From: Octopus sinensis
Taxonomy: Eukaryota
Assembly (NCBI RefSeq): GCF_006345805.1
Contig: NC_042998.1
Span: 58,962,001 to 59,026,000, forward strand
Direction of reading: 5' to 3'
DNA length: 64,000 nt
The notes under the pieces are model-generated. The model did no database searches. It was not told the DNA's origin and was given only the letters and a program-made list of their open reading frames with translations. Positions within the stretch are counted from its first letter, which is position 1. Each line of letters starts with the position of its first letter. Below, piece by piece: positions 10,930-23,222 of the stretch. Made by a program: the position numbers and the translations under genes.

Positions 10930-11953
10930 CTAATGGTAAAACAAAGAAGAATGGGAACCAGCACAAAATGAATACACCAACAACAATTCCTAAAGTTTTT
11001 GCAGCTTTTCGTTCTCGTCGGAATTTAGCTGCCCGGCCCGTGAGAGTGTGTCGAGAGATAACTTTTCTACCAGAGCCATCAGAATTGTCACTGGCACTGC
11101 TATTTTGATAAAGGGAATCAGAAGTTTCACTTTTGGCTGAAAATGTTGCCGATGTAGATGCCGATGCAGCTTCGATAGCGCTATGACCTGTATGGATTCT
11201 TAAGGTGACTTCTTCTGTGTTCTCGTTTATTTTAGCTGTTTTGATTCCCGTCGAAAGAAAGCGGTACTGTTTCTCTGCTTCTTTATAAATCCGGAAGTAA
11301 ACGATGATAATGATTAGTAAAGGAATGTAGAATGATCCAGAAACAGAGAATATGACATAGCCTAATTGCTTGGTGACAGTGCATACAAAAGGGTTCGGAT
11401 CTGGCGGATCTTTCCAGCCAATGAGAGGAGCTACTGAAATTATTACAGATAAAAACCAAACAGCAATTATGATATAAACTGCTCTTTTTTCAGTCATAAT
11501 TGAGGAATGTTGCAGTGGTTTTGTTACACCGATGTACCTGTCAATGCTGATAACGCACAAACTTAATATCGAAGCTGTGCAACATAGAACATCAGTGGCA
11601 GCCCATATATTACAGAAAGTTTGTCCAAATGCCCAGTAATCAATAATTTCAATGCTGGCAGAAAATGGTAAAACTAATGTACCTAGCAGGACATCTGCAA
11701 TTGCTAGATTAACAATGAAATAATTTGTGGTACTTCGTAGATGTGAGTTGACGAAAACTGCCAGTAAAACTAAAACGTTACCAAAAATAGTCACAAGACA
11801 TATTGAGCCAAGGATAGTCCCTTTCATAATGGCCGACGTAATTCCGATGGGCTCGGTACTGGTCGCGTTGTCCCAAAGGTTACTGTTGTAATAGGCACTG
11901 GTGAAGTTATTAAATTCTAAACCATCTTCATAATATTCGTAGTCAAGCTCCAT
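10930..11953 (-). CDS. ADRA1: Alpha-1 adrenergic receptor-like GPCR, first coding exon (N-terminus to end of TM6); exon 2 lies outside the window
   Basis: 341 codons + 1 nt then donor G|GTAAGT (10929-10924). Motifs typical of alpha-1 receptors: NYFIVNLAIAD, YWAFGQTFCNIWAATDVLCCTASILSLCVISIDRYIGV (D3.32, DRY), GYVIFSVSGSFYIP (TM5 serines), VTLRIH in ICL3, [33 protein letters not shown]; N-terminal N-glycosylation sequons. Confidence 0.93.
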
Positions 11954-11989
11954 GTGTACTCCGATAAAACAAATATCTCCGCATGTTAC

Positions 11990-12010
11990 CTATGCATAAA
12001 ATAAAACTGA
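11990..12010 (-). promoter_or_regulatory. Candidate splice acceptor 36 nt upstream of the ADRA1 ATG (implies an upstream 5'UTR exon)
   Basis: Minus strand cagttttattttatgcatAG|gtaacatgc; pyrimidine-rich tract plus AG at 11991-11990. Confidence 0.5.
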
Positions 12011-12153
12011 GTGATAGTGACTTCAATAATCATATTGTATACATAAACGAACACATCACACATATGCACAGATCCTCGTGCATTCGCATGCACATGTATA
12101 TATATATATACATATATATATATATACATATATATATATACATATATATATAC

Positions 12154-12184
<31 letters not shown>

Positions 12185-12920
12185 CATATATATATACATA
12201 TATATATATATGAGAAAATATGCATTATGTGTGCATATATAAATGCATTATATAAATATGTATAGACATATATATGCATATGTAGAAATTGTAAATACTT
12301 GCTAATAATAAAGAGCATACATCCACCCATACACGCACACCACTACATACACATAACACATGTATCTAATATTATCAGTTATATGTGTATTTGTGAGAAT
12401 GTGTTTTATTATAATGGAATAATTACACTGACATATATGCATGAGTGGACAAGGTAAAGTGATATTTATACTATTTAGAAAAGTAATACAACAACAACAA
12501 TAATAATGAGGACGACGACCACGACAACAACAGCAACAACAAATATTGATTTCGCAATTCAATTGAACAAATGACAATAAAACTTGTCTTTCCTACAGAG
12601 TCTTTTAAAATACTACTTTAAAACACAGCATCAAAATCCAAGCGTTGCATTGCTCACTGTACGCTAAAATATTTAATCAAAAAGTGGGGCTATGTCCTAC
12701 TGCTTGAACACAAAGGAACACACATATTCTCTTTCTACTTCTTACTCTCTAAAATATATATATACACGATCTCTATGTACAAAAATGTGTGTATATGTAT
12801 GTATCTATCTATCTATATACATATTTATATTATCCAAATATATATGTGTGTGCGCGTATACACGTGTATATGTATGTATGTATGATGAATATATGTATGT
12901 ATATATATATATACATATAT

Positions 12921-13135
12921 CTTTTACTCTTTTACTCTTTTACTTGTTTCAGTCATTTGACTGCGGCCATGCTGGAGCACCGCCTTTAGTCGAGCAAATC
13001 GACCCCAGGACTTATTCTTTGTAAGCCCAGTACTTATTCTATCGGTCGCTTTTGCCGAACCGCTAAGTGACGGGGACGTAAACACACCAGCATCGGTTGT
13101 CAAGCAATGCTAGAGGGACAAAGACAGACACACAA

Positions 13136-13192
<57 letters not shown>

Positions 13193-13361
13193 CATATATA
13201 CGACAGGCTTCTTTCAGTTTCCGTCTACCAAATCCACTCACAAGGCTATGGTTGGCCCAAGGCTATAGCAGAAGACACTTGCCCAAGATGCCACGTAGTG
13301 GGACTGAACCCGGAATCATGTGGTTGGTTAGCAAGCTACTTACCACACAGCCACCGCTGCG

Positions 13362-13366
<5 letters not shown>
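12921..13366 (-). mobile_element. SINE family 1, near full length
   Basis: tRNA-like head with A/B-box-like motifs (tggctgtgtggt / gggttcagtccc), ccttgggcaagt CORE-like segment, internal (TA)/(TG) tract, tail ending in (gtaaaaga)n. Confidence 0.9.
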
Positions 13367-13415
<49 letters not shown>

Positions 13416-13559
13416 CATATATATATGTTTTCATATTTACATATATATATTTACATATGTGTGTGTATGTATATAGGTGTGTGTGTGTGTGTCTAATATT
13501 CTTCATTAAAAGGAATGAAATGAAATAGACCTCTTTCATGGTAATTCTTAATACTCATT

Positions 13560-14425
13560 ACCTCGCACTTCAGGTTAAAGATCGAAACGGATGTAAGGAG
13601 ATCGTTTATAAAATCGAGATTATGTATCTATGTATACATGCAGCGACACACATATGTTCATACATACATACATACAGGCTATACTTCTCACGAAGGATGG
13701 AGTCCATTGTCTCAAATCTGTGTTGGTATCATATGGAGTACGTAGTGCGACACTCAAGCAACATCTGCAGCAGAAGCAAAGGTCCAGTGACTATCTTGCC
13801 CGAAACCAACAACGTGATTATGATGGCTAATGAACTTGAGAAGATATAAGAAATAAGAGCTGAAACTTATATCTCTTCAAAGAGCATTGGTAAAAGCTAT
13901 TTATCAGAACAACAGATTAAAAAGATAGTACAATAAAAAAAGATACTACTAGATGCTTGGCACGCAAAAGCAAACTATAGAAGGGATTGATCATGCCAAA
14001 AGCCTGGCTTGAGCACAGACAGGTTTATTACATCCCACTTCGAAGGCTACTTCCATGCTATTCCAGAACATGAGTTCCCAACTAAGTACCTACAGCATAA
14101 AAGGCATAAAGCGTTGACATACAGTCCAAAGCTATCGATGTCAACCACGTTATTTCCAAATGCGAAAAAATGTCTTCCAGATATCATCTGGCATGAAGCG
14201 GTGCCCAGAGCGATCTGGAATAGGATAACAAAAAAGAAAACATCTACAGACGAAGTTGAGTATATTGACAATGAAGGGTCAAAAGCATATTGTTGGAACT
14301 TGAAAATTAAAACAGCCGCCAAATTAAACCACAACCGGCCAGATATTGTTATGTGGGGAAACAAGGAAAAAATATGTCTGTTGTGGAAATTAGTTGCTCT
14401 ATGTACCCAAAAGTGGTTAGAAAAT
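13560..14425 (+). mobile_element. R4/NeSL-type non-LTR retrotransposon fragment (RT C-terminus to restriction-like endonuclease), degenerate
   Basis: RLY...KDG...LKSVL, FEGYFHAIPEHEFPTKYL, YCWNLKIKTAAKLNHNRPDIVMW (RLE PD motif); truncated by SINE at 14431. Confidence 0.8.
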
Positions 14426-14430
14426 ACAAG

Positions 14431-14686
14431 AGGCGCAGGAGTGGCTGTGTGGTAAGTAGCTTACTTACAGGTTTATTCCCACTGCGTGGCACCTTGAGCA
14501 AGTGTCTTCTACTATATCCTCGGACTAACTAAAGCCTTGTGAGTGGATTTGGTAAACGGAAACTGAAAGAAGCCCGTCATATATATATATATATATATAG
14601 TAGAAGAAATAGCTATAACTCTTTGACTGCTATTTCTAAATTCGGTATGTGGTAAGGCAATTCGTTGCTAAACCCTTTATTGCTTA

Positions 14687-14728
<42 letters not shown>

Positions 14729-14937
14729 GTGTGTATTTGTGTGTCTGTGTTTGTCCCCCTAACATAGCATGACAACCGATGCTGGTGTGTTTATGTCCCC
14801 GTAACTTAGAGGTTCGGCATAAGAGATCGATAGAATAAGTACTAGGCTTACAAAGAATAAGTCCTGGGGTCGATTCGCTCGACTGAAGGTGGTGCTCCAG
14901 CACGGCCGCAGTCAAATGACTGAAACAAGTAAAAGAG
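14431..14937 (+). mobile_element. SINE family 1 with 88-bp foreign insert (14600-14687) in its internal TA tract
   Basis: Head and tail match other copies; insert gtagaagaaatagct...ctgctatttctaaattcggtatgtggt resembles 21515-21590. Confidence 0.85.
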
Positions 14938-16249
14938 AAACGAGAAACGAGAAAGAGAGAATGAGAAAAACAATGGACCAATGATAAAGAGTCTGCAAGT
15001 CTATGTCCAACATACACTTGCAGTTTAATATTTATCATTATTGGAAAAACAGGATACACACCGACCTCTCTGGAGCAAAGTACAGCTGAACTTGGGATCT
15101 TGGGGAGAGAACTCATATCCTTAGTTCATACGCTATAAAGGCTCACGATATCTGAGACTATAAAATCTGAAATACCTACTTAATATCTAAAGGTTGCTGG
15201 TTAATGATGTTTCTTTCAAATCTTGCTACCAAGTAGGTGGGCAGTCAAAATTATTCTAGAAAGAGAAAGAGAACGCACATACATAAGCACTGATGCTCAT
15301 ACATAAAACATATGTTTCCTTTGTTTCAACATTCCAACAATGAGGCAGTGGTCAGTGTCGCAGTCATTTCACTACATAGATCTTGATATCAGCGCATTAT
15401 TGAGTGAGATTACTCTTCATGATTACATCGTCGAAAAGAGACTAGTATTCGGTGCGAAGATGCGGCCAAGATATTCTGTACCTTACTAGAAGACGAAAGT
15501 TTGTGTTGGTTATAAAGAAACTTTGTTCAGTACAGTTCTTAAAGAGGAGTCAATATCCTTTTATGATCAGTAAGTTGAGGCAATGAAGCCCCATTTCACT
15601 CATTCAAAGTATTGAAGTCATAAAAGGGAAAACTAATGATTGTGTTGTGTGCGTGTGTTGTGTGTGTTTGTGTATATATATATATATATATTATATATAT
15701 ATATATACACGAGAGAGTGCTGAAAAGTTCCTGGATTTGGGTAAAGGAAAATCCTGGAGGATCAGCGAAGTATGATATTATTGAACATATTCTCTTCTCA
15801 GTATTTCACGAGAATACAATATCAGAGCGATGATTCACAACTTCCAGACAAAGACAGATGCTTTGCATTCATGAGAAATAACATATGCCATGAAAAATAA
15901 CGGCTTCTAAAATATCGCACACCTATATTTTGGAAGCCAGTTATTTTTCATGGCGTATGGTATTCCTCTGGAGAACACTTCACATGAATGCAGAGTATCT
16001 TTGCTTGCAAGTTGTGAACCATTGCTCGAATATCGTATTCATTTATTATTCTCGTGAAGAAGACATCGGATTTCTTGATTATTTTCATGAAGCCAGTCCT
16101 GGTGTCGTCCACTTGGATGGTTTAATGGCAGTTAAACGTACATTTCTTTTCCAGAAAGCGAAACGTCCCTTCTTATAATTGCATTCCTAACGCGATCCTT
16201 GCAGAAAGACCGCTTCAGTAGAAGTGTAAAGAGCCAAATCAATCCATGT

Positions 16250-16720
16250 TCTTGATTTTTGCTGATCTGAGGAAGGCTTTTGTATATAGCTTCTCACTTT
16301 GGTTTAATGAGAACCCTTATCAAACATAGTTGTCCACGAACGCCTGTGTTTTGGAAGTACAATTTCCTGGTGATATTAGGGTGTTAGAAGTTATGAAGTT
16401 TTCTCTATCCGCTCTGTCACAAATGGTGTGAAACAAGGTTATTATTTGGTAGGTCCCTTCAATATCAAGTTTTCTATCATTATGCAAGAGGGCTCCAGAG
16501 CATCTCAATCCGAGATTGAAATTAAGTACTGATATACAGGCAAATTGTTCAACTGCCCGTGATTACAAGCAAAAAAATAAAGCTAAGTATCTAAGTATCT
16601 ATGAAATGCTGTTTGCTGATGTCTGGATTGTTTGCGCAAAACGAGTCCAACTTATGCTGATCAGTTCTCAAAGGTTTACAAGTTCCACCTTACTAGCAAA
16701 TCTAAGGCTGGCCTTTCGGA
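16250..16720 (+). mobile_element. RTE-clade reverse transcriptase fragment, highly degenerate
   Basis: FADLRKAF; VTNGVKQG; GKLFN...LQAKNK...IYEMLFAD (RT motifs) with stops and frameshifts. Confidence 0.65.
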
Positions 16721-16745
16721 GCAGTTTTCCCTCACTCTCTTTTAC

Positions 16746-17085
16746 TCTCTGTTATTTGTTTCAATCATTGACTGCTGCCATGCTGGAGCACCGCCTGTAG
16801 TCGAGCATATCGATCCCAGGACTTATTCGTTGTAAGCTTAATATTTATTCTATCGGTCTCTTTTGCCGAACCGCTAAGTTACGGGGACGTAAACACACCA
16901 GCATCGGTTGTCAAGTGATGTTGTGGGGACAAACACAGACACAAAACACACACACACACACATATATACATATACATATATACGACGGGCTTCTTTCACT
17001 TTCCGTCTACCAAATCCATTCACAAGGTTTTGATCTGCCCGAGGCTATAGTAGAAGACATTTATCCGAGGTGCCACGCAGTGGGA
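16746..17085 (-). mobile_element. SINE family 1, 5'-truncated head
   Basis: Same tail and CORE-like segment as other copies. Confidence 0.85.
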
Positions 17086-17357
17086 CTAATCAAATTCAGC
17101 TGGGACCAAAGCTGAAATTTTTGAAAATACAGAGAGCGGGCCTTTTGTTGCAGAAGTCAGAATCATGTGGTTTTCAACAGAAAATACCATCAAATCCCTA
17201 GTCTTCTCGCTCGGGAGAGGAATCCCAGAACACTATATAATATAGTTGAGATCATGATTTCCATATATTATAATAGTAATTTAAGGCTTCTTAAAGAAGA
17301 ATAAGAATGAGTACGCATACGCGCGCACATATACAAATGACTGCAAACATAAAGCAT

Positions 17358-17672
17358 ATTGAGACACCCTTCGGTCATGACTGACCGTGGGATTGCATCT
17401 AGAAAGTTACCCTCCCAGGCACAAGTCCGGGCAAAGTTGTTTATGGAAGATCAGCAGTCGCCCATGCATACCGGCCTGTCATCTCCACGCCACCAGTATT
17501 ATCCAAGGAAAAAGCAGATACAGCTTGGCACCTGTGACGCCGCAACTCATTTTACAGCTGAGTGAACTGGAGCAACGTGAAATAAAGTGTCTTGCTCAAG
17601 AACACAACATGCAGCCCGGTCCGGGATTCGAACTCACAACCTTACGATCGTAAGCTCGACTCTCTAACCACT
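17358..17672 (-). mobile_element. tRNA-derived SINE, CORE-like family
   Basis: Minus head agtggttagagagtcgagcttacgatcgtaaggttgtgagttcgaatcccgg (B box) followed by cttgagcaagacactttatttcacgttgctccagt central domain. Confidence 0.8.
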
Positions 17673-17717
17673 TCACATAAACATAAAGCATACGTACACA
17701 TATACATACATAATACA

Positions 17718-17750
<33 letters not shown>

Positions 17751-18331
17751 GCACATATATATAAATAAATGTATACACACATAAATTCAAATGTGCATTT
17801 ACATATACACACATACGTCACGAATACAGACACATATAAATACATGTATGTATGTATGTACGTACATACCTACGTACGTACATATATGTACAATCAAGAA
17901 GTCTTTGTGGACTGTTTAGACGTCAGATATGTTTTAAAATAGTCAAAAATTAATAAATACTTCGACAAAATAGTTCCTTATTTATGTGCAAAGATTCCCT
18001 TCGCAAAACACCAAATAATTTGAAATTCAGTTTGAAATATTGTTTTTTTTTTTCTTTTGAGGTACTGAATACCGTTAAAATAGTATAGTTTATATAAAGC
18101 ATTGTGAAACTGGATTAGAAATGTTTCACAAAACAACTACTATGCCGACTGGAAATAAATGTGCGAAGGCAAAGGAAAAAGATAAAAATATAGGTTTGTA
18201 CTTTTACCTTATTGTTCAATATTTCGGCTTAAAAATGCTATTGTCAGATACAATGGAGAGTGTTAGCTCTCACATATATAGATCATATATATTGATTAAG
18301 CAGTTATAATAATGCTCGCGCACACACACAC

Positions 18332-18386
<55 letters not shown>

Positions 18387-18731
18387 ATATATATACATAT
18401 ATAAGTTTAACAATTAAGGATAATCTCTTATTAAGGGATCCCTCCTAGTGTGAGGCATTTATGTGTAATAATGCCCTCTATACAATATATATACATATAT
18501 ATATACACACATATATATATATACATATATGTATTTATATGTATATATATAAGTATATATGTAAGTATATATGCGTAAATCTATCTATCAATCTATACAT
18601 ACATATATATATATAAATATATATATGTATATATATATATATACATATATATACTTATATGTATTTATATGTATATATTTATATGTTTATATGTATGTAT
18701 ATATATAAGTATATATGTAAGTATATATGCG

Positions 18732-18810
<79 letters not shown>

Positions 18811-19642
18811 ATATATATAATATTATTCAACGTGTATTTATACGCTGAATGATATTTCTAGGCTTATTAGCAAAATGGATGTAACAGTCACATTTCAGGT
18901 TTCTTTTTCTCTCCTCCTTTTCTGTCGTCATACCTATTTTCTCGACTTCTCTCTCCACGCTATCTCGCTGCTTTTCCGTCTCTTGAATGGATTAACAATG
19001 CGATTGGTTTCGCCTGTTTTTAGAAGCTCGTCATTATATTTAATCCAGCTTTTCCACGGAGAATGACTGCAACTTACAACTATTTATTTAGAAAATGCGA
19101 TAAGTAACAAAGTCTACTTTTGGTTATGTGCATTTCAGTACATACGCTGGCAGCACGTCACTCCCGAGGATCACGTTAAAACACGTTTTTATTTGAACAA
19201 ATGTCTTTATATTCATTTCTATCTGTAACATTTCAACAAAGAATTAACTTCTTACGAGTCTGTAAAAGCATAGTCTTTAATCAGGTCAAACTCTTTCCAT
19301 TATTTTATATGTTTAGAATTCAACCATGAATTAGCGTCTGTCGAGGCTGTAAATGCATAGTGTTTATTAGAACACCTTTTGTGAACTTTACACGTTTTGC
19401 CTAAAGCGAGACCTTTTCCCCATAGCAAATCTTTGTGAAATTATGCTTTGGTATGTCAAATATCTCCCAAGAATATTTAAAGTAATGGAAATTTTTTGTT
19501 TCATAACAGTTTCACGTTAAAACCATGATTTTTGCTCCGGCCTGGTGGCTGCAGCTCTCAGCGGATTATATGTACTGATTTCTCATAAGGGAAAAGGAAA
19601 GTTTCAATCATTTTGTCATTTTCCCACTTGTTATCTAATATT

Positions 19643-19857
19643 GGTTTCAAATTTTGGCGTAAGAACAGCAGTTTCCGGGAGTGGATAAGTCGATTGCATC
19701 AGCCCCAGTACCCAACAGGTACTTATTTTATCGACCAAAGGAGGATGAAAGGCAAAGTCGACCTCGACAGAATTTGAACTCAGGACGTAAAAACGGACGA
19801 AATGCCGCTAAGCATTTTGCCAAGCGTGCTAAAGATTATGCCAGCTCGCTGCCTTCT
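19643..19857 (-). mobile_element. SINE family 2 (Meta-domain-like centre)
   Basis: Minus: ggcagcgagctggca...ctgagttcaaattc...gactttgcctttcatcc...gtcgataaaataagtacc...ctgggg...aatcgact. Confidence 0.8.
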
Positions 19858-21239
19858 TGATATCTAATATTGATGAGATCATAAGTAGCTTGAAATGCAT
19901 ACTCTAGTCCACAGTGGGGGGCCATCAAATTGTTTTTGTGCTTTTACCTTTTGCCTGAAGTGAGAATCTTCCTCCGTGGCAAACTGCAATGAAAGTGACC
20001 GTTTTATAGGTTAAATATGTTCCAAACATGTGTGAAATGATCAGAAAGTTCGTTTATTAGAAAAAAATGTTTTACACCCTTTTCTATTCGTAACAATTCA
20101 ACCATGAATTAACTTCTGATGAGTTTGTAAAAGTATGTTTTTTTTTTTATTGGAAGAAATGCTTTTAAATTCCTTTCTACCTATAACAATTCGACTATGA
20201 ATGAGAAAGCTTACTGTCCTGAATAAAGAAACGGGTTTATAAGCCTCTCTCACTGACATAATACAATGCATTTTCGGTAAGATTTGAACTTATGCAATCG
20301 ATAACAAAGAAAATGTCATTGTGTGGTTAACCGATGTTCTTCATATATAAATAGGATTAGCCCTCAAAGTCAAGCAAGCATCATGAAGTTTAACATATGA
20401 AATTATATTCATAATTGTAATTGAAATGTATGTATTATTCAAGTTTCAATTTCATTTGATGAGATGAAAATCAAATCTCAACCATTAACTGAAAAAATCG
20501 AAAATTTAGAATATCGAATGACATAAAAAATATCTTAAGAATTCTTAAAATTTAATGATTCTACTAATCATCTACATAATTAATACAGTGTGCTGAAACT
20601 AAAAGATCAAATAAAAAAAAATAATGCCGCATTATTCATATTGTTCAGAATCTCTTTAAAAAAATACAAACCACCTCTCTAATTATTTTACAAAACGTGT
20701 AAAATAATTCTTATAAATTCAACTGAAAGTTCCAGTCCATTGCTTTGGGGTTCATTAAATTCGAATAATCATTGTGTTAAATCAATTCTTAATAGAAGCG
20801 TATTGAAGATATCCAAAAAAGAAAAACACAACACTCTTATGTCATGGTCATGCCTGTTTGACCGCGTTAATATTTGTGTTGCTATGCAGAGATTTACACT
20901 TCAGTCAACAGTTTCCTGCAGGCGTCGACTTGGAACGTTGAAGGCGAATGCTGAAAATGGCAGTCTCAGCTGTCTCGGGGGGACTTGCGAAACACTAGGA
21001 GCACTCACTTGCTCTTGACCAAACAAATTAAGAATCTTCAACTCCCATCCCTCCAGGAAAGAAAGATTATTCACAGAAGCAGCATAGAGCTCTCGCCTCT
21101 ATAACTTTCCCAGTCATATATTTTCACTTCTCAACGATTGACTTCTTGGCGTTCATGGGATGATAATTCTGATACTATGCAGGGGGAGTGAACCCATAGC
21201 CCATAGCCATGTGGTTGAGAAGCAAACTACTTACAACAC

Positions 21240-21276
<37 letters not shown>

Positions 21277-21323
21277 TATATATATATATATAATATATAT
21301 ATATATACACATATATATATATC

Positions 21324-21460
<137 letters not shown>

Positions 21461-21703
21461 CATACATATACATAAATATAAAGTACTTAGGTTTTTCTAG
21501 GAGCCCCTTTTAAAGTAGTAGGAATAGCTAAGATTTTTTGACTGCTATTTCTTAACTTCGGTATGTGGTGAAGCAAATCTTTGCTGAACCCTAATTATAA
21601 AGTATGACTTAAGCTTACCATGAAAGGTCTTTTTCATGCCGAATTCTACTTGGTGAAATTACTGATTACTTCTTAATTAATTAATTTTACCCTTTGTTAT
21701 TAT

Positions 21704-21740
<37 letters not shown>

Positions 21741-21775
21741 CTGTGTGTGTGTGTGTGTGTGCGCGTCTGTGTGTG

Positions 21776-22010
21776 GAGGCGCGTGGCTGTCAGCATCATG
21801 ATCGTAAGATTGTGGTTTCGATTCCTGGACCGGGCGACGCGTTGTGCTCTTGAGCAAAACACTTCATTTCACGTTGCTCCAGTCCGCTCAGCTGGCAAAA
21901 ATGAGTAACGCTGCGATAGACTGGCGTCTCGTCCAGCTGGGGAACACATACGCCATTGAAACCGGGCCCATGAGCCTGGCTAGATTTTAAAAGGGCGCAT
22001 TTATTTGTTT
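21776..22010 (+). mobile_element. tRNA-derived SINE with CORE/V-like central and tail motifs
   Basis: ggaggcgcgtggct head, ggtttcgattcc B box, ttgagcaaaacacttcatttcacgttgctccagt, ctgcgatagactggcgtctcgtccag. Confidence 0.7.
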
Positions 22011-22040
22011 TATTTCATATACATACATACATACATACAA

Positions 22041-22095
<55 letters not shown>

Positions 22096-22113
22096 TGTAT
22101 ACACACACACACC

Positions 22114-22147
<34 letters not shown>

Positions 22148-22503
22148 CATATAGTTACATATTTAAACATACGCACGCACACACATATACACATATACAC
22201 GTATGTATAATTACCATGGAACACCAACAGACATTCCCGCAGTAATTTCTACCACGCCACCCCATCCCACACCACTGTTGTTACGCAAACGCTAAGAGTC
22301 ATCATAAGCAAATTGAGAACGCAAAGAGCTGTACCAAATATCTGAAGGCAGTCTATTATTTCTGGAATTCATTTTACATTCTTGAATTCTTTCAAAATCT
22401 GGTACTTAATCTGTCGGTCACTTTTTGCCGAACCACTAAGTTACCCCAATTGATAAAGAGTGTGGGGGATAAACATAATGACATACACAATGATACACAA
22501 TGA

Positions 22504-22698
22504 TATATTTAAGAGATGAAGAATTATGTACATTATCGACATTATTTACATTTGATGGATATTTGTCCTCATCTTGTTTGTTTTTAACACGTTTCGGCTG
22601 ATATACCCTCTAACCTTCATCAGGTGTCTTGGGGAAATTTCGAACCTGGGTTCTTATTTCTAAGATATTTTTCGATATTGTTATTATTATTATTATTA

Positions 22699-22757
<59 letters not shown>

Positions 22758-22844
22758 TCACTGCCTGGAATCGAACTCGGAATCTTGGGGTTAGTAGCCC
22801 TAATTCTCAGCCACTACGCCATATGCCTATGGGCAATTATGGAG
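22504..22844 (-). mobile_element. tRNA-head + (AAT)n + hammerhead composite element, left arm of head-to-head palindrome
   Basis: Minus: ggcatatggcgtagtggctgag...gagttcgattccaggcagtgacctg-(AAT)n-...gacacCTGATGAaggttagagggtatatcagccGAAAcgtgtt (cleavage region has lost 3 nt). Confidence 0.85.
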
Positions 22845-22861
22845 TGAATTTTAGGGCTTCG

Positions 22862-22976
22862 CTCCATAATTTCCCACGGGCATATGTCATAGTGGTTAAG
22901 AACGCGGGCTACTAACCCCAAGATTCCGAGTTCGATTCCAGCCAGTGACCTGAATAACAACAACAACAACAACAAC

Positions 22977-23011
<35 letters not shown>

Positions 23012-23222
23012 AATAATAATAATAATAATAATAAAAATAATAATAATAATAAGAAGAAGAATAATAATAATATCGAAAAATACCATAGGGATGAGAACCC
23101 AGGTTCGAAATTTCCCTAAGTCACCTGATGAGGGCTGGAGGGTATATCAACCGAAACGTTGTGTTAACAAAAAAGATGAGGACAAATATCCGTCAAAAGT
23201 AAATAATGTAAATAATGTATAT
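22862..23222 (+). mobile_element. tRNA-head + (AAC/AAT)n + hammerhead composite element, right arm
   Basis: tRNA-like 22878-22951 (A box, B box gagttcgattcc); hammerhead 23120-23165 gucac-CUGAUGA-g-GGCUG..CAACC-GAAA-C-GUU^GUGUU. Confidence 0.85.

Noticed and set aside
10930-11953. Octopamine (OAMB-type), tyramine or dopamine receptor identity
   Set aside because: [20 protein letters not shown] and the TM6 intron position fit alpha-1 adrenergic receptors better; a phylogeny is still needed.
15705-16140. Mariner-like terminal sequence and faint SGR..EN..IR motif on the minus strand
   Set aside because: Too degenerate, and no matching second TIR was found.
22878-22951. Functional tRNA gene (apparent ACT anticodon); likewise other SINE heads
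   Set aside because: Acceptor and T stems are imperfect and the sequences are embedded in repeats; treated as tRNA-derived heads.
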